Origin: Octopus bimaculoides
Taxonomy: Eukaryota
Length of the DNA stretch: 64,000 nucleotides
Assembly (NCBI RefSeq): GCF_001194135.2
Contig: NC_068985.1
Location: forward strand, 122,526,007-122,590,006
Direction: 5' to 3'
Position numbers and translations under genes: made by a program. The number at the start of each line of letters is the position of its first letter. Position 1 is the stretch's first letter. Under the pieces are notes generated by a model. That model made no database searches. It saw nothing but the letters and a program-made list of their open reading frames with translations, and was not told where the DNA came from. Positions 51,829-64,000 of this stretch are shown one piece after another.

Positions 51829-53105
51829 CGAGGGGTGTCTGAAAAGTTTTGAGCCTAACCTAGAATCGGGGCTGCTATATAGTTGAAACAATTTTTTCTG
51901 GTAACTACAGTCTTTTCGGAGTAGTCTTGCTCATTTTCATGATTCTGATATTTAAAATTTTTTTTGTTGCAGATTTTTGAATAAACAAGCTTCGAATTTA
52001 CAAGGAAAATGGAGAAAGCTGAGTATCATGCTGTCATAAAGTACCTTCATTTGAAAGGCATGACTCCATCAGAAATCCATGAAGATATGGCGAGAACCTT
52101 AACAGACAATGCTCCTTCATATGCAACAGTCAAAGGCTGGGTAAATGAATTCAAGCGTAGCAGGGAGAGTGTGGAAGATGATCCAAGATCAGGGATACCT
52201 CCAACTGCAACCACCAAGGACAACCTTGACCTTGCATGATCGCTGAATATCATGTCGTCAGATAGCCGAGAGACTGGGCATCTCAACTGAAAGAGCAGAC
52301 AATATTGTGACAAAAGAACTTGGGTTCTCAAAGGTTTTTGCAAGGAGGGTCCCTCGCCTTTTGAATCCTGAACAGAAACGTACCAGGTGCACTTTGTCCA
52401 CGAGCAATCTGGAACTGTTTGAAGCTGATGAAGAGAATTTTCTTGCTTGTTTCATTACTATGGACGAAAGTTGGGTCCATCACTACCAGCCTGAAACCAA
52501 AGAACAATCAAAGCAGTGGAAGCACACATCTTCTCCTACCCCAAAGTAGGCCAGGGTCATTCCTTCAGCTAGCAAGGTCATGGGGTCTGTATTTTTGGAT
52601 TCTGAAGGTGTCTTGCTGATCGGTTACCTTGAAAAGGGTCACACTGTGATAGGGCTGTATTATTCTTAGCTACTGAAACGCCTCTGAGAACCAATCAAAG
52701 AAAAAAGGCCGAGAGTGCTCACCAGAGGAGTCCTTTTTCATCACGACAATGCTCCAGCCCACACCTCAGTGGTTGCCATGGCAACAATTCGTGATTGTGG
52801 ATACGAACTTGTTCCCCATCCGCCTTATTCACCAGACTTAGCCCCCTCTGACTTTCATCTATTTCCAAAAATGAAAAATGCCCTGGCTGGTCGCCAACTT
52901 GCCAATGACAATGACATCATAGACGCTGTAGGAAGTTTCTTGGAGGCCCAAACAAAAGAGTTCTTCTACGCCGGAATAATGGTGCTTCAGCACTGCTGGA
53001 GAAAGTGTTCAGCAATCGAGGGGGACTATGTTGAAAAATAAATCATCAGAAGTCTTGTACCATGTGTTGTTTTTTTGAGGCTCAAGACTTTTCAGACACC
53101 CCTCG
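51829..53105 (+). mobile_element. Full-length (1277 bp) decayed DD34D mariner transposon
   Basis: 28-bp TIRs CGAGGGGTGTCTGAAAAGT(T/C)TTGAGCCT at 51829-51856 and 53078-53105 with one mismatch. TA follows the right end; the left flank reads CA inside a microsatellite. Transposase 52009-53041 has TMDESWVHHY, FHHDNAPAH and YSPDLAPSDFHLF, 34 residues between the last two D. It carries a frameshift near 52240 and stops at 52547, about 52668 and about 52686. Confidence 0.95.
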
Positions 53106-53816
53106 TAAACCTAATGCTGGTATTTGTTAACGTTTATTTTTAATACCTTTCTCGCTGTATTGTGTGTCTGTGATTTTATTTTTGATCTTCTATATAAATG
53201 AAGATATTTCCTCCATTTGGCTGCTTTTCTTTCTACAAAACAAGAAGTTACATTGCAGAACTGTTATTTTAACGAATTGTATCTATTTATCACCTGATGA
53301 GATACATCTCCACCACTGGATATCCTGAACCAGTTGTTGAGTGTCTCACCCATGTGGGATCGATGCTAGATGTGAAACAATTGTTGTTAGAAACAATTGT
53401 TGTGATTAATAATAAATTCTCACATATTCCATCTTATATCTTTCATTTGCCATATATATATATATATATATATATACATTTATTAAAGATAAATAGACAA
53501 GGCAGAATGTACCAAAACCAAAAAATTTATTACCACAACACAATTGTTTCATCTTCAAAGTGCATTACTCCCTTGTGGGTATAGAACAAATGCAATAACA
53601 CCAGATGCAACGCACAGTGTATAGAAGACTCCTCGGATGGGATAATATAGTTTTAGCTGGGAGATTTACATTTCGTTTTCACTGTATTGAGAGATTTTAG
53701 CAGTTAGACAGATGCACAGACAAACAGACGTGCACATCAATAAGTTTATTCTTGGGTACATGCAAGTATACATTACATGTATGCATGCCAGCCAATCACA
53801 TCTGCACACAGTTATA

Positions 53817-54045
53817 CATCATCATCATCATCATCATCGTTTAACGTCTGCTTTCCATGCTAGCATGGGTTGGACGATTTGACTGAGGACTGGTGAAACC
53901 GGATGGCAACACCAGGCTCCAGTCTGATTTGGCAGAGTTTCTACAGCTGGATGCCCTTCCTAACGCCAACCACTCAGAGAGTGTAGTGGGTGCTTTTACG
54001 TGTCACCCGCACGAAAACGGCCACGCTCGAAATGGTGTCTTTTAT
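53817..54045 (-). mobile_element. Young SINE family C copy
   Basis: About 4-5 differences from 7501-7715 over roughly 205 bp, by manual alignment. Confidence 0.88.
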
Positions 54046-54047
54046 AC

Positions 54048-54092
<45 letters not shown>

Positions 54093-54985
54093 AACGTAGT
54101 TGCACACATGGATATATCCTTCGGGGCACATGGAGCATATGCATGCATGCATATAGATACACTCATAGACACACACATCTATTTACGTGCTCTACTACAC
54201 CCACATGATAAGACAAATCTAAATGTGTATTCATACCTTCAGTCTCATACGTTTGTAGGCAAATATACACATATACGCATAATTATATACATATACGTTT
54301 ATATATAGATATATGTATATATATACATTAGCACATACTAGAGACTTCCACTCAGTACATGTATGCACACAGAGGTATATAGAAATATGTCAAATCAGCA
54401 TATATATGTACACACATATTGCATACACTTATAAGATTATTTGCATGCATATGTAGGCTTTCATTGGCTCAGGGCTATAATAGAAGATAATTACCTATGA
54501 TGCTATGTAGTGGGACTGAACCCAAGATCACATAGCTGGGAAGCAAGCTTCTTAACCACACAGCCACAAACCTTCCACCCTACATAAAACAGGTTTCTAT
54601 ACAGTTCATATTATCAAAACCCATTCACAAGGCACAGGTCAACTCTAGTCAAAAACAGAAGACACTTGCCTTAGCTACTGTACAATAAGGTCTGTCTTGG
54701 GACCCCATTACTCTCAAACATGACTATACGCAATATACACAACGACTGAACAAGTATCTTATAATTGATCTATAGAGAAACAGCCAAAAACCAAATTAAA
54801 GCAGCGTTAAGACTAGTGTAACAGAGTAGGTGGAAATAATGAGATTAAGAATGCTCAAGTTTAGGAAATAACAAATGGCTTAAATATAAATGCGATTAAA
54901 AACTTAATTATTAATGTAGAGCTCATGTAAATGATAATCAGCAAGTGTTAAGATGATAATTAAAGTCACAATTTGTGTTATTTCA

Positions 54986-54995
54986 NNNNNNNNNN

Positions 54996-55031
<36 letters not shown>

Positions 55032-55131
55032 TTATGTGTTTCAGCCAAGTGGCTGCGGTCATGCTACATATATATGCACACACACATGCACATATATACA
55101 CACACATTATATATGCACACACAACTACATA

Positions 55132-55173
<42 letters not shown>

Positions 55174-55662
55174 NNNNNNNNNNNNNNNNNNNNNNNNNNN
55201 NNNNNNNNNNNNNNNNNNNNNNNNNNNNNNNNNNNNNNNNNNNNNNNNNNNNNNNNNNNNNNNNNNNNNNNNNNNNNNNNNNNNNNNNNNNNNNNNNNNN
55301 NNNNNNNNNNNNNNNNNNNNNNNNNNNNNNNNNNNNNNNNNNNNNNNNNNNNNNNNNNNNNNNNNNNNNNNNNNNNNNNNNNNNNNNNNNNNNNNNNNNN
55401 NNNNNNNNNNNNNNNNNNNNNNNNNNNNNNNNNNNNNNNNNNNNNNNNNNNNNNNNNNNNNNNNNNNNNNNNNNNNNNNNNNNNNNNNNNNNNNNNNNNN
55501 NNNNNNNNNNNNNNNNNNNNNNNNNNNNNNNNNNNNNNATATATATATATATATATATATACAAATATATACATACATATATATACATATACATACACAC
55601 ATACATATACATACACACATACATATACATACACATACATATACATACATACATATACATAC

Positions 55663-55701
<39 letters not shown>

Positions 55702-55731
55702 ATATATATATATACATAAACATATATATAT

Positions 55732-55778
<47 letters not shown>

Positions 55779-55890
55779 CATACATTATATATATACATAC
55801 ATATACACACACACACACATATATATATATATACATACAAATATATATATGCATACATATATATACATATATATAGATATATATTCACAT
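54986..55890. repeat. Large (TA)n/(TACA)n low-complexity block containing two gaps
   Basis: Read directly from the sequence. It accounts for the long YI/YT/VC ORFs in the track. Confidence 0.95.
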
Positions 55891-58800
55891 GTGTGTGAGT
55901 GCTAGATTTAATGTGCAACAGTAATTATTTCGGTATGCTGGTAAAAGACAAGACTTTAAAATCTCAATTGAAACTACTATCAAGATTGAATATGGGAAGA
56001 AAATTACATTTTTTTCATCTTTGCTCATTATATGAGATGGTGTAACAGTTCTATGATACATAATCAATGTCATTGGGTGTGGGCAGCATATGTATGTGTG
56101 TGTGTATTTATTAAGGTGTACAGATATTTGCGCAGCTTATGGAAAATAAAATCGTATTAGATATGTTTTGCCTTGATTTAAACATAAATGGGACATAAAA
56201 ATATTTCATGGTTCTCACTAGTTTTGTCTTCTTTTAATCTTGATGTTTATATTTTTATACACTTCTTGTATCACACCCAAGCCTACACTCACCTTAGAAG
56301 TGGCAGTCGTGTATAATGCAATCCAATGAAAACACCAAAGTTCAGCTTCTATGACCAAACAAAATGCAATTTCCCCATAATCTGATTAACTTAAGCATGG
56401 TAACTAACAGTGATTTGTGAAACCTGCTTTTGAAAAGCATATCTGTAGATTGCATGAGGCTGTTTGTGCATGTATGTGTGTAAGACACAAACATGTTTTT
56501 AGTTGTGACCTCCTATGGTATGGGATGCCAATACATTGCTTTATAGCTGTGAACCTTTATTATTCAGTGAGTGTCATATATGTTATAGCTATAAATCCTA
56601 ACAGTTTTGGGAAAATGATATATTTATTTTGGAGCTCTAAATACTTTCTAAAGGTAGAAAAAAGGGCATGTTGTGTGTGTATACATCATCCGTTTAATCA
56701 TCATATATCATCATTTTAATGTCTTTTTTCCGAACTGGCATAGGTTTGATGGTTTGGCAGAAGCTGGTCAGCTGCCTGGGTTCCATGTTTGTTTTGGTAT
56801 GGTCTCTATGGCTGGATGCACTTCCATACACCAAACACTTTACTGAGTGTACTGGGTGGTTTCACGCTGCTCCAGCATAGGTGCTTTCACATGGTACCGG
56901 TACAGGTGCTTTTTTCATGGCACCAGTACCCACAAGCCCACAAGATTAGGAATGCTCAGCTGAAGTATTTATATATATATATTATGATTGTGAATACCTA
57001 CTATATGAGTGAGTTATATAGCTATTTATAGCTACCTAGAATGGTGTATCTGTTTGTAGCTATGAATCCATACTATGTGGAGAGAATGGTAGATATGTTT
57101 TGTAACTATGAACTAGTACTTCAGTACAAATGAGGCAAGCACACTAAGAACAGCTGTTGTGACAGGTGTAGACTATCCCAACAAGGGATATTAAGTAACT
57201 TCTTAAACACATTGTTAGTGAATGTCTTAAAAGTTTTCATATGTTTCCTTTTAGTAGACCAGACCTCATGTTCATGCAAAATTATTAAAAACTCTAGCTA
57301 GCTGGCTTGAGATAGTACAATATTTAGAAGCTAACAAGTGGGTGGGGAGTTGTATGTAGTTTTTCCACCTGCTAGAAACAGCAATCACCTCCCCCTAAAA
57401 ATCACACCCTATTGCAGTAGTTCTCACCCTATTGTAGTAGTTCAGTACACTGAAATGCTGCAAGAACTACTCATCAAATTTGAGCTAAGTAACAACTACT
57501 GATCAAATTTGAGCCAATAGGTGAGTCTCAATATGGTTGCTTGCTTTGTTAGGAAAAGCAATCAGATCTACAAATCAGGCTACCATATTAAAAACACAGA
57601 AGGGCACAATGAATAATATCAGCTTAGATACATTGTCTGAAAGAAAAAAAAAGTGGGATGCCCATGGATGAACTGTATTTGAACAATAGGATACTTAATA
57701 ATGACCAGCCAATGCTACTTTGGCATGTGATCTAAAGGGCGATTACTTTAGGTTAGTTTTTAGCTTCTTTACGTTGCAAAACTCATGACTGCCAGACTTG
57801 TGTGATCTACATGATTATTTTAATTAGCATATTGTTTATTCTTAGTTTCTTATTATTATTTGCTAAGATATAAATGAAACATGGTTCTATTATTATTATT
57901 AGAATAATAAGAATTTTGAAAAAATACATTTACAATGCTAAGTATGTACAAAAGAATTTATTGTAAAAAATGCTATGTATGTACAAAAGAATTAATTGTA
58001 AAAAATCTTAAGGGATTTTAGAAATTGATAAGTAAATAAAAAGTAACCTAAAGTAATCATCCTTTAAGTTGTAGATCACACACCAAAGTAGCACTGACCA
58101 GCCTTGAGATAACCACCAATTTGGACTTCAATAGTTATATACATGAAACATTCTCTGATGATAGAAACTAAAAAAATCCTGCCATTTCAACCAAATAAAT
58201 TTTGAGGACACAGATATATGTGTGGATTCTTTTAGGATATAATCAATGAGGATAAGGAAAAATTATTCCTGTGGAGACTTTTACAATGATTAACATCTTA
58301 ATGGTGTCATCAACTTCTGTAATGATTCAGAGTCTGTATTGAATAGCTGCTGGTATTGTTTAGTCCCAGGTCATTTGCTCAAGCAAAAATATGATCAATG
58401 GTCTTATTTTCAGATAATATATTCAGTACAACCATATTCAGTGAATCTGAAACCATGTGATTGCAAAGCAAATTTCTTAACCATGCAGCTATGCCTACGT
58501 CTATCAAATTTATCTCGTAAATCTTTGGTTGCCCCAAGTCTATGACAGAAAAAACTTACTCAAGGTGCTACTCAGTGGGATTGGTCTTGAAACCTCATAG
58601 TTGGGAAGTGAACTTCTTAATCGCACAACCATGTTTGCATATGCACCTGAGCACACATACACACACATATGCACATGTACCCGTGCACACACACACATCT
58701 GAAATGTCTACATTTGTGTCTTGTTCCTAACATATAAGAAGATTCTTTTAACGAGAATGTGGACACTGTAAATCATTCAGCAGTTCATTATGATAGAAAG

Positions 58801-61800
58801 AGTTAAAAAAAAGAAATAAAATAAAAAAGAGAGAAAAAGGAAGTAAAAATAACAACCAAACAAAGAACATAATTACCTGCCAACTACAAAATTACTGAAT
58901 GTTGAAGAAGAATTTCAGTAATCATTAGCAAGATTTAATATCTTGATTTTAGCTGCAGAGAAATTACAATATCACACACGCACAAAGTAAAACAATTGCT
59001 ATTACAACTGTTGTTGCAAATTATCTAATTCTTAGCTTAAGCCATATTTTAAAAATAAATGAAGGGTAATAAAAAAAATGTTATCTCATTTTTTTTGTGT
59101 GTTTTCTCCATAAATTTGAATCATGGTGGATGGAATGGAATTAGGGAACTTCATTAATATAGTTCTTGTAGGTTTATTAATCCTTCTAAGAGTCCACAAG
59201 GTGGTTGCTTAATTTCGGTTTTATGAGCTATTATCCTCATCAGCTTTCAATGTCTGCTTTTCCATGCTTGCATGGTCAGCTAGGTCATTAAAATGCACAC
59301 GAGAAATCTCATTAATGCCAAATAGAATGAAAGCTTATTAGTGGTAACTTTAATCTAAATCTAGTCCCTATGTATTCTTAAAGTCTCCATTGGTTAGGGT
59401 TGACAATCTATCTGTCCTCATATCATGGTACAGGTCTAGACAAGATGTTTGTTCTTTGAAGACTCTCAATTTCTCATGCATGCAAGTCTTCTCTCTCCAC
59501 CAATGTTTACCAAAGGAAAGTAAAGTTGCTACATCTTGACAACAGTGTTATCACAGGTGTTGCTGTCAGAATGCAGACTACCAGAAAAGGTACCACAAAG
59601 CCACTCATCTTATACTCTATCAAGTTATTGCCCTGGATTGGTACTTTTTTTTCAGTTCCAAAATGATGAAAGGCAAATTTGGCCTCAGTGGAATTGAACT
59701 CAGAGTTACAAAAAATACAACAAAGCATTTTATCCAATGTCTTAATAACTGTGACAATTCCAGATAAACAAATTGAGGAATATAAAAAAAATGTGACCAG
59801 AGAAACAATAAATCACCTCCTTTAGCTAATAACACAAACATGATAGTTAAAGATATTCCCCACTTGGCTATTTTAGCCATTCATCATCATCAAGTATTAT
59901 CTGTTCTCATCTTAAATATCATGTATCATCATCTTGGCCTTTCTTGTTCTGTCTTAACACATTGTATTTTAGTCAGTCTAATTTTTGACATAATCCATCC
60001 ACATACTTCTTGGAATCCCATTCCTCTTTTTCCATTCATTCTGTCTTGCATTAAAAATTCTCAATAAACCATGTTTTCTAATTAAGTGTCCAAAATATTT
60101 TCATTTTCTCTTTTTGATAATATCTAATAAAAAAGTCTTTTTCCTTTTTCCCATTGGTTTTCTGTTCTCTCCACGATATTCTTGAAATGCTCACATCTCA
60201 AACGTTTGTAATCTATTTGATAATATCTTTATTCCTCATATTATAAGTTGTAGTGCACCTGAGCACTGTATACAATAATTTCATTATATATTATATATAA
60301 AGTTAGTGGAAATATATAACATACGAAGGGGAAAAAAAGTTGTGATTAATCTCCAGGTAGGCTCTGACTTATAATTAAAGGCATTCCAACCAATCCTGAC
60401 TATCATCATTTTTGTAATATAGTGTACTTAGAGCTATATTATCCAATGTGTTCATCCATTTTAAAGAGTGATATGAGGGAGATGTGACTTATTTCCAACA
60501 GGTTCAGTGATTGATGCGTTATAGCCAGATGAAGTAATAGGGTGCCAGCATACTGACCTCTTAAAATATTAATTCCATTAGCATGTGTGTCATGTGATGA
60601 GTCCTTTAACACTTTGTGTGATAGGGCACCACTGAAAAGTCTGTCTTCTTGTAGTGTATCTTAAAGAAAATCAACCTATTGAAAACTGTTTCTCCCCAAG
60701 ATTTACCCACAATAGAATTTGAAACTTACCATTGCAAGTCAACAAACCACTTGATATTTTTATAATGCTGTAATCACTTCATGGAGTATTGGGGTATGAG
60801 TTGTTTCTACTGTGCACCACTGGTTTACAGCTGGGTGGACTTAGCCATAACACTTAACTCTGAAATTGCTATGGGCACAACACAATATAAGGTAATAAAC
60901 TACTACTACCACCACTAACAAGTTGTTTGGGATTCAGGCACCGTATAACTGATCTACCAAAATATTCTTCTCACTGACCATTTGAGATCTCACTCTCACA
61001 ACTAATCATTTATTGAAAACTAACAAACATGTACTCAAGAAGACCCAGTCACCCCAGCAGAAGTGTTTAGGCTGCACCCCCTGGTGAAGAGGACTGGCCT
61101 GCTGGTGCCACATAGAAAAGCATTTGTGCTGGCACCGTGTAAATGCACTCATGCCAGTGCCATATTAACAGCACCCAGCACACACTGTAAAGTGGTTGGC
61201 ATTATGAAGGGCATCTAAGCCAAATCAGACTGGAAAGTGGTGCAGCTCACAAGCTTGCCCACTTTGGTCAAACCATCCAACCCATGCCAGCATGGAAAGC
61301 AGACATTAAAGGATAATGATGATAACTCAATTCCTGACCTTCTATGAAGAGCTCACACGCTCATCCCTTTTAGCAGTTTATGGAGAACTTATTCTTACAG
61401 ATGACCATCTATTGAGAGCTTACCCCACCCCACATTGTTTACTGAGAGCTTGCAACCCCACCACATCTGACCATCAACTGAACAGTTTACAAGTAATTAT
61501 TTGGGTGGCAGAGTACCATCAGCTATCTATGCTACATTATTTACTAAGACACATCATCTATGTTGTAATTGTCAAGTCCACCACTAAGTAGTAAATGAAT
61601 AGTTGGCTGAGGCATCTTCATTCATCATCCACAGTAATAGTTGCAATGAGGTTACTGAATAATTGTTTCATTGCTATGTTGTGCTGAATTCTAGTCCTTT
61701 CACGGACCTGGCGTAGACAATGAAAAACTCCTCCCTCATTACATCACTTACAGATTAAATTTTCAGTGAAATACTGTCAATATAATGAATTATTATGTGC

Positions 61801-64000
61801 AACATTTAACCTGTAGTTCCCTACTTATTTATGTTTATCCTGCACTAGTTACTAGTTTGGGAGGCACTGTTCCTCCTGTGTTTAAATTCTTTATTTTATG
61901 TATTAATTCTGCAGCTGGTGATTAATAGTGTTGTTGATTACAGGTTTACAATGGGCCAATTACTGGCTCATTGCATCTCTCATAGTAAGAGCAAACAATG
62001 GAAGGTTTGTAACTTAGTGCAGAACAAATATTGTTTTAAAATTGCAGTTTTATGATCTTCTAAGTGATAAATTATGGTAAAATATATTCACTTACACATG
62101 AAAATGTGAAAATATATACAACAGGAAAGTTTCACACATATGTATGTATGATTTGTGAAGTGACTTAAGGGTCTAACATTTTGTATGAAAACACCTTAAT
62201 TCTTTTACTTGTTTCAATTTTTTGAACTACTGTCATGTTGCAGCACTGCCTTGGTTATGTTTTGGCAAGAATTCACACTTAGAGTAGAGGATGCAGTCAC
62301 AGTCTAACATGTTTAACATTCAAACTGTGAAAACTCTGCCATTATTAAAAGATGCTGTTATTTGTTCAAGCCAACCACACCTGGCCTTTGTGGCAAGCAA
62401 ATTCTTCTCTCTCCATCAAACCACATTTATTTTAATTTCATTATTTTTACATGAATTCATTGATATATGTAATACTAAAAAAACACTAGAAGCAAGACAT
62501 CTTAATAGGAATTCTTAATTATTAATTATCACACATGTAGAAAGAAAGGACAGGATGGTTGTTGTTATAGTTTTTCATTCCCAATTATTGAATTGCTGTT
62601 AATTAAAATATTGTTTAAAAATTTAAAAATCAGTTGCTAACTTATTCATAGAAGTACAAAGAAATATAATAAAATAGCACAGAAAACACAAAATATGTAT
62701 ATTTTTTTCATTCTTTTCATAACTGTGTTAATATTAACAAAAAAAAAATCCTTCCACTATTAATTATGTTCCCAATAGAATATAAACGCATAGTTTATAT
62801 TCCTATAGAGAATTTCCAATTATGTTACTTTTAAGATATCGTCACCCACCACCACCACCACTTATAGTAATTTTATTTAAAAAAACCTCACTATGAATAC
62901 AATAACCAGCAACCAATGATTAGGTCTTTACTAATACCTCCACTACCAGTGCACAGTGACTGTATGTCTACTAAAATTTCATTGCTAGCCACAGTTATTA
63001 ATTCTGTATTTTATAATTCATAATCCACTGGTTATGTTTCAATGATATTACTCCATGACCACTGGTTGTATATTGAGACCACAACCACCACCATCTATCA
63101 AAAGACCACATCCACACCACTGACCATATACAAAGGGCTCATATCTCCGCTGCTACCACCATTCAACATCTACTGAAAGCTCACATCCCCACCATCACCA
63201 CTGTCACTATCATTGACCCTTTACTGAAAGTTAATATCTTCACCATCACTCCCCCAACCATCTGCATCACCCAACACCTCTCAAGAGCTAATATTTTCAC
63301 CATCACCCATCTACTGAGAGTCCTTTCCCACACCAACACCTCTTCCACCACTGACCACCTACCAAGAACTCACATCTGTACCACCACTCTCCATCTATCG
63401 AAGAGTTCATTCTAATTATTTTTGGAGTTTCAAAAGTACCAACATCCAACTACCATCCATATTATATCTCTCAGGTTATATTGCTTCTATAGTTTATAGA
63501 TTATTTCAAAAACTCTGAGTAGAACTCATTAAAATTTCAGTTTTCCTTTGGTGGTGTTTTCTTTAATAGACACTACACTACAAAAACTAATAAACATCAT
63601 TTTTCTAGTAGTAGACTGGAGAATTTAATCTAAGCTCAACATATTATAAACTACTGTTAGACCCAATTTCTCCTTTTCCTGCTGCCTTCAGTGATAACCT
63701 GCTATCTTCAGTTACTCTTCCAGTATTATCTATGTATAGTTGGACTGACCCGGGCCTTTGAAACTTAAGATTTCTCTTGTTTAAGGATACAGTGTAATCT
63801 ACTGATCCTTAACCCTGCAGGTTAACATTCTAAAAAGGTACATGCTGAATCTCTCACATGCACCAATCTCCACATTGGCTATTTCTATGTTTAATTGCAT
63901 GTATTTTATTCCATTAGAATAGGTATCATATCTCTGTGTCATAAGAGATAATTAAAAGTATTGGTGATGGGATGAGCATCTAGACATAAAACAATACTTC

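Noticed and set aside
54904-55918. The longest ORFs in the track (218-316 aa)
   Set aside because: They consist of TA/TACA repeats and N gaps, which lack stop codons by construction.

Overview
Eukaryotic genomic DNA, AT-rich and dense in microsatellites and transposons, with nine N gaps (1099-1152, 8533-8623, 16316-16325, 23051-23060, 27252-27261, 36761-36770, 41522-41554, 54986-54995, about 55154-55538). The SINE repertoire and repeat landscape suggest an octopus or other coleoid cephalopod; this is inference, not a database result. The only host gene I can support is a cAMP-dependent protein kinase type II regulatory subunit (PKA-RII, PRKAR2-like) on the minus strand. The ORF track misses it because every exon is short. 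I assembled 11 GT-AG exons by hand between 46489 and 20937 (890 coding nt, all phases consistent): (V)[59 protein letters not shown]|[22 protein letters not shown]|GQYDVYVEVDGHHKKVGEYDGQGFFGELALMYNVPRAATVVCSAPGSVWAL|DRVTFRRIVLKDAFNRRKMYTDLIESVPLFSCLD|NYEKLNIADALHSQSFEDGEVVLRQ|GDDANCMYFVEDGEVSITVKK|GDESVEVKRCGKGSYFGE|LALLTHKPRAATATSMGHSRFAV|[43 protein letters not shown] could not find the exons for the D/D domain and RRxS inhibitor site in the remaining 17.5 kb. The rest of the window is a full-length decayed DD34D mariner, a truncated Tc1-like element with DD36E spacing, LINE fossils, several SINE families, a TTAA-flanked MITE, five long inverted-repeat structures, minisatellites and microsatellites. 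I found no rRNA, true tRNA gene or CRISPR array, and nothing I can call a confirmed new biological system; the findings are testable leads.
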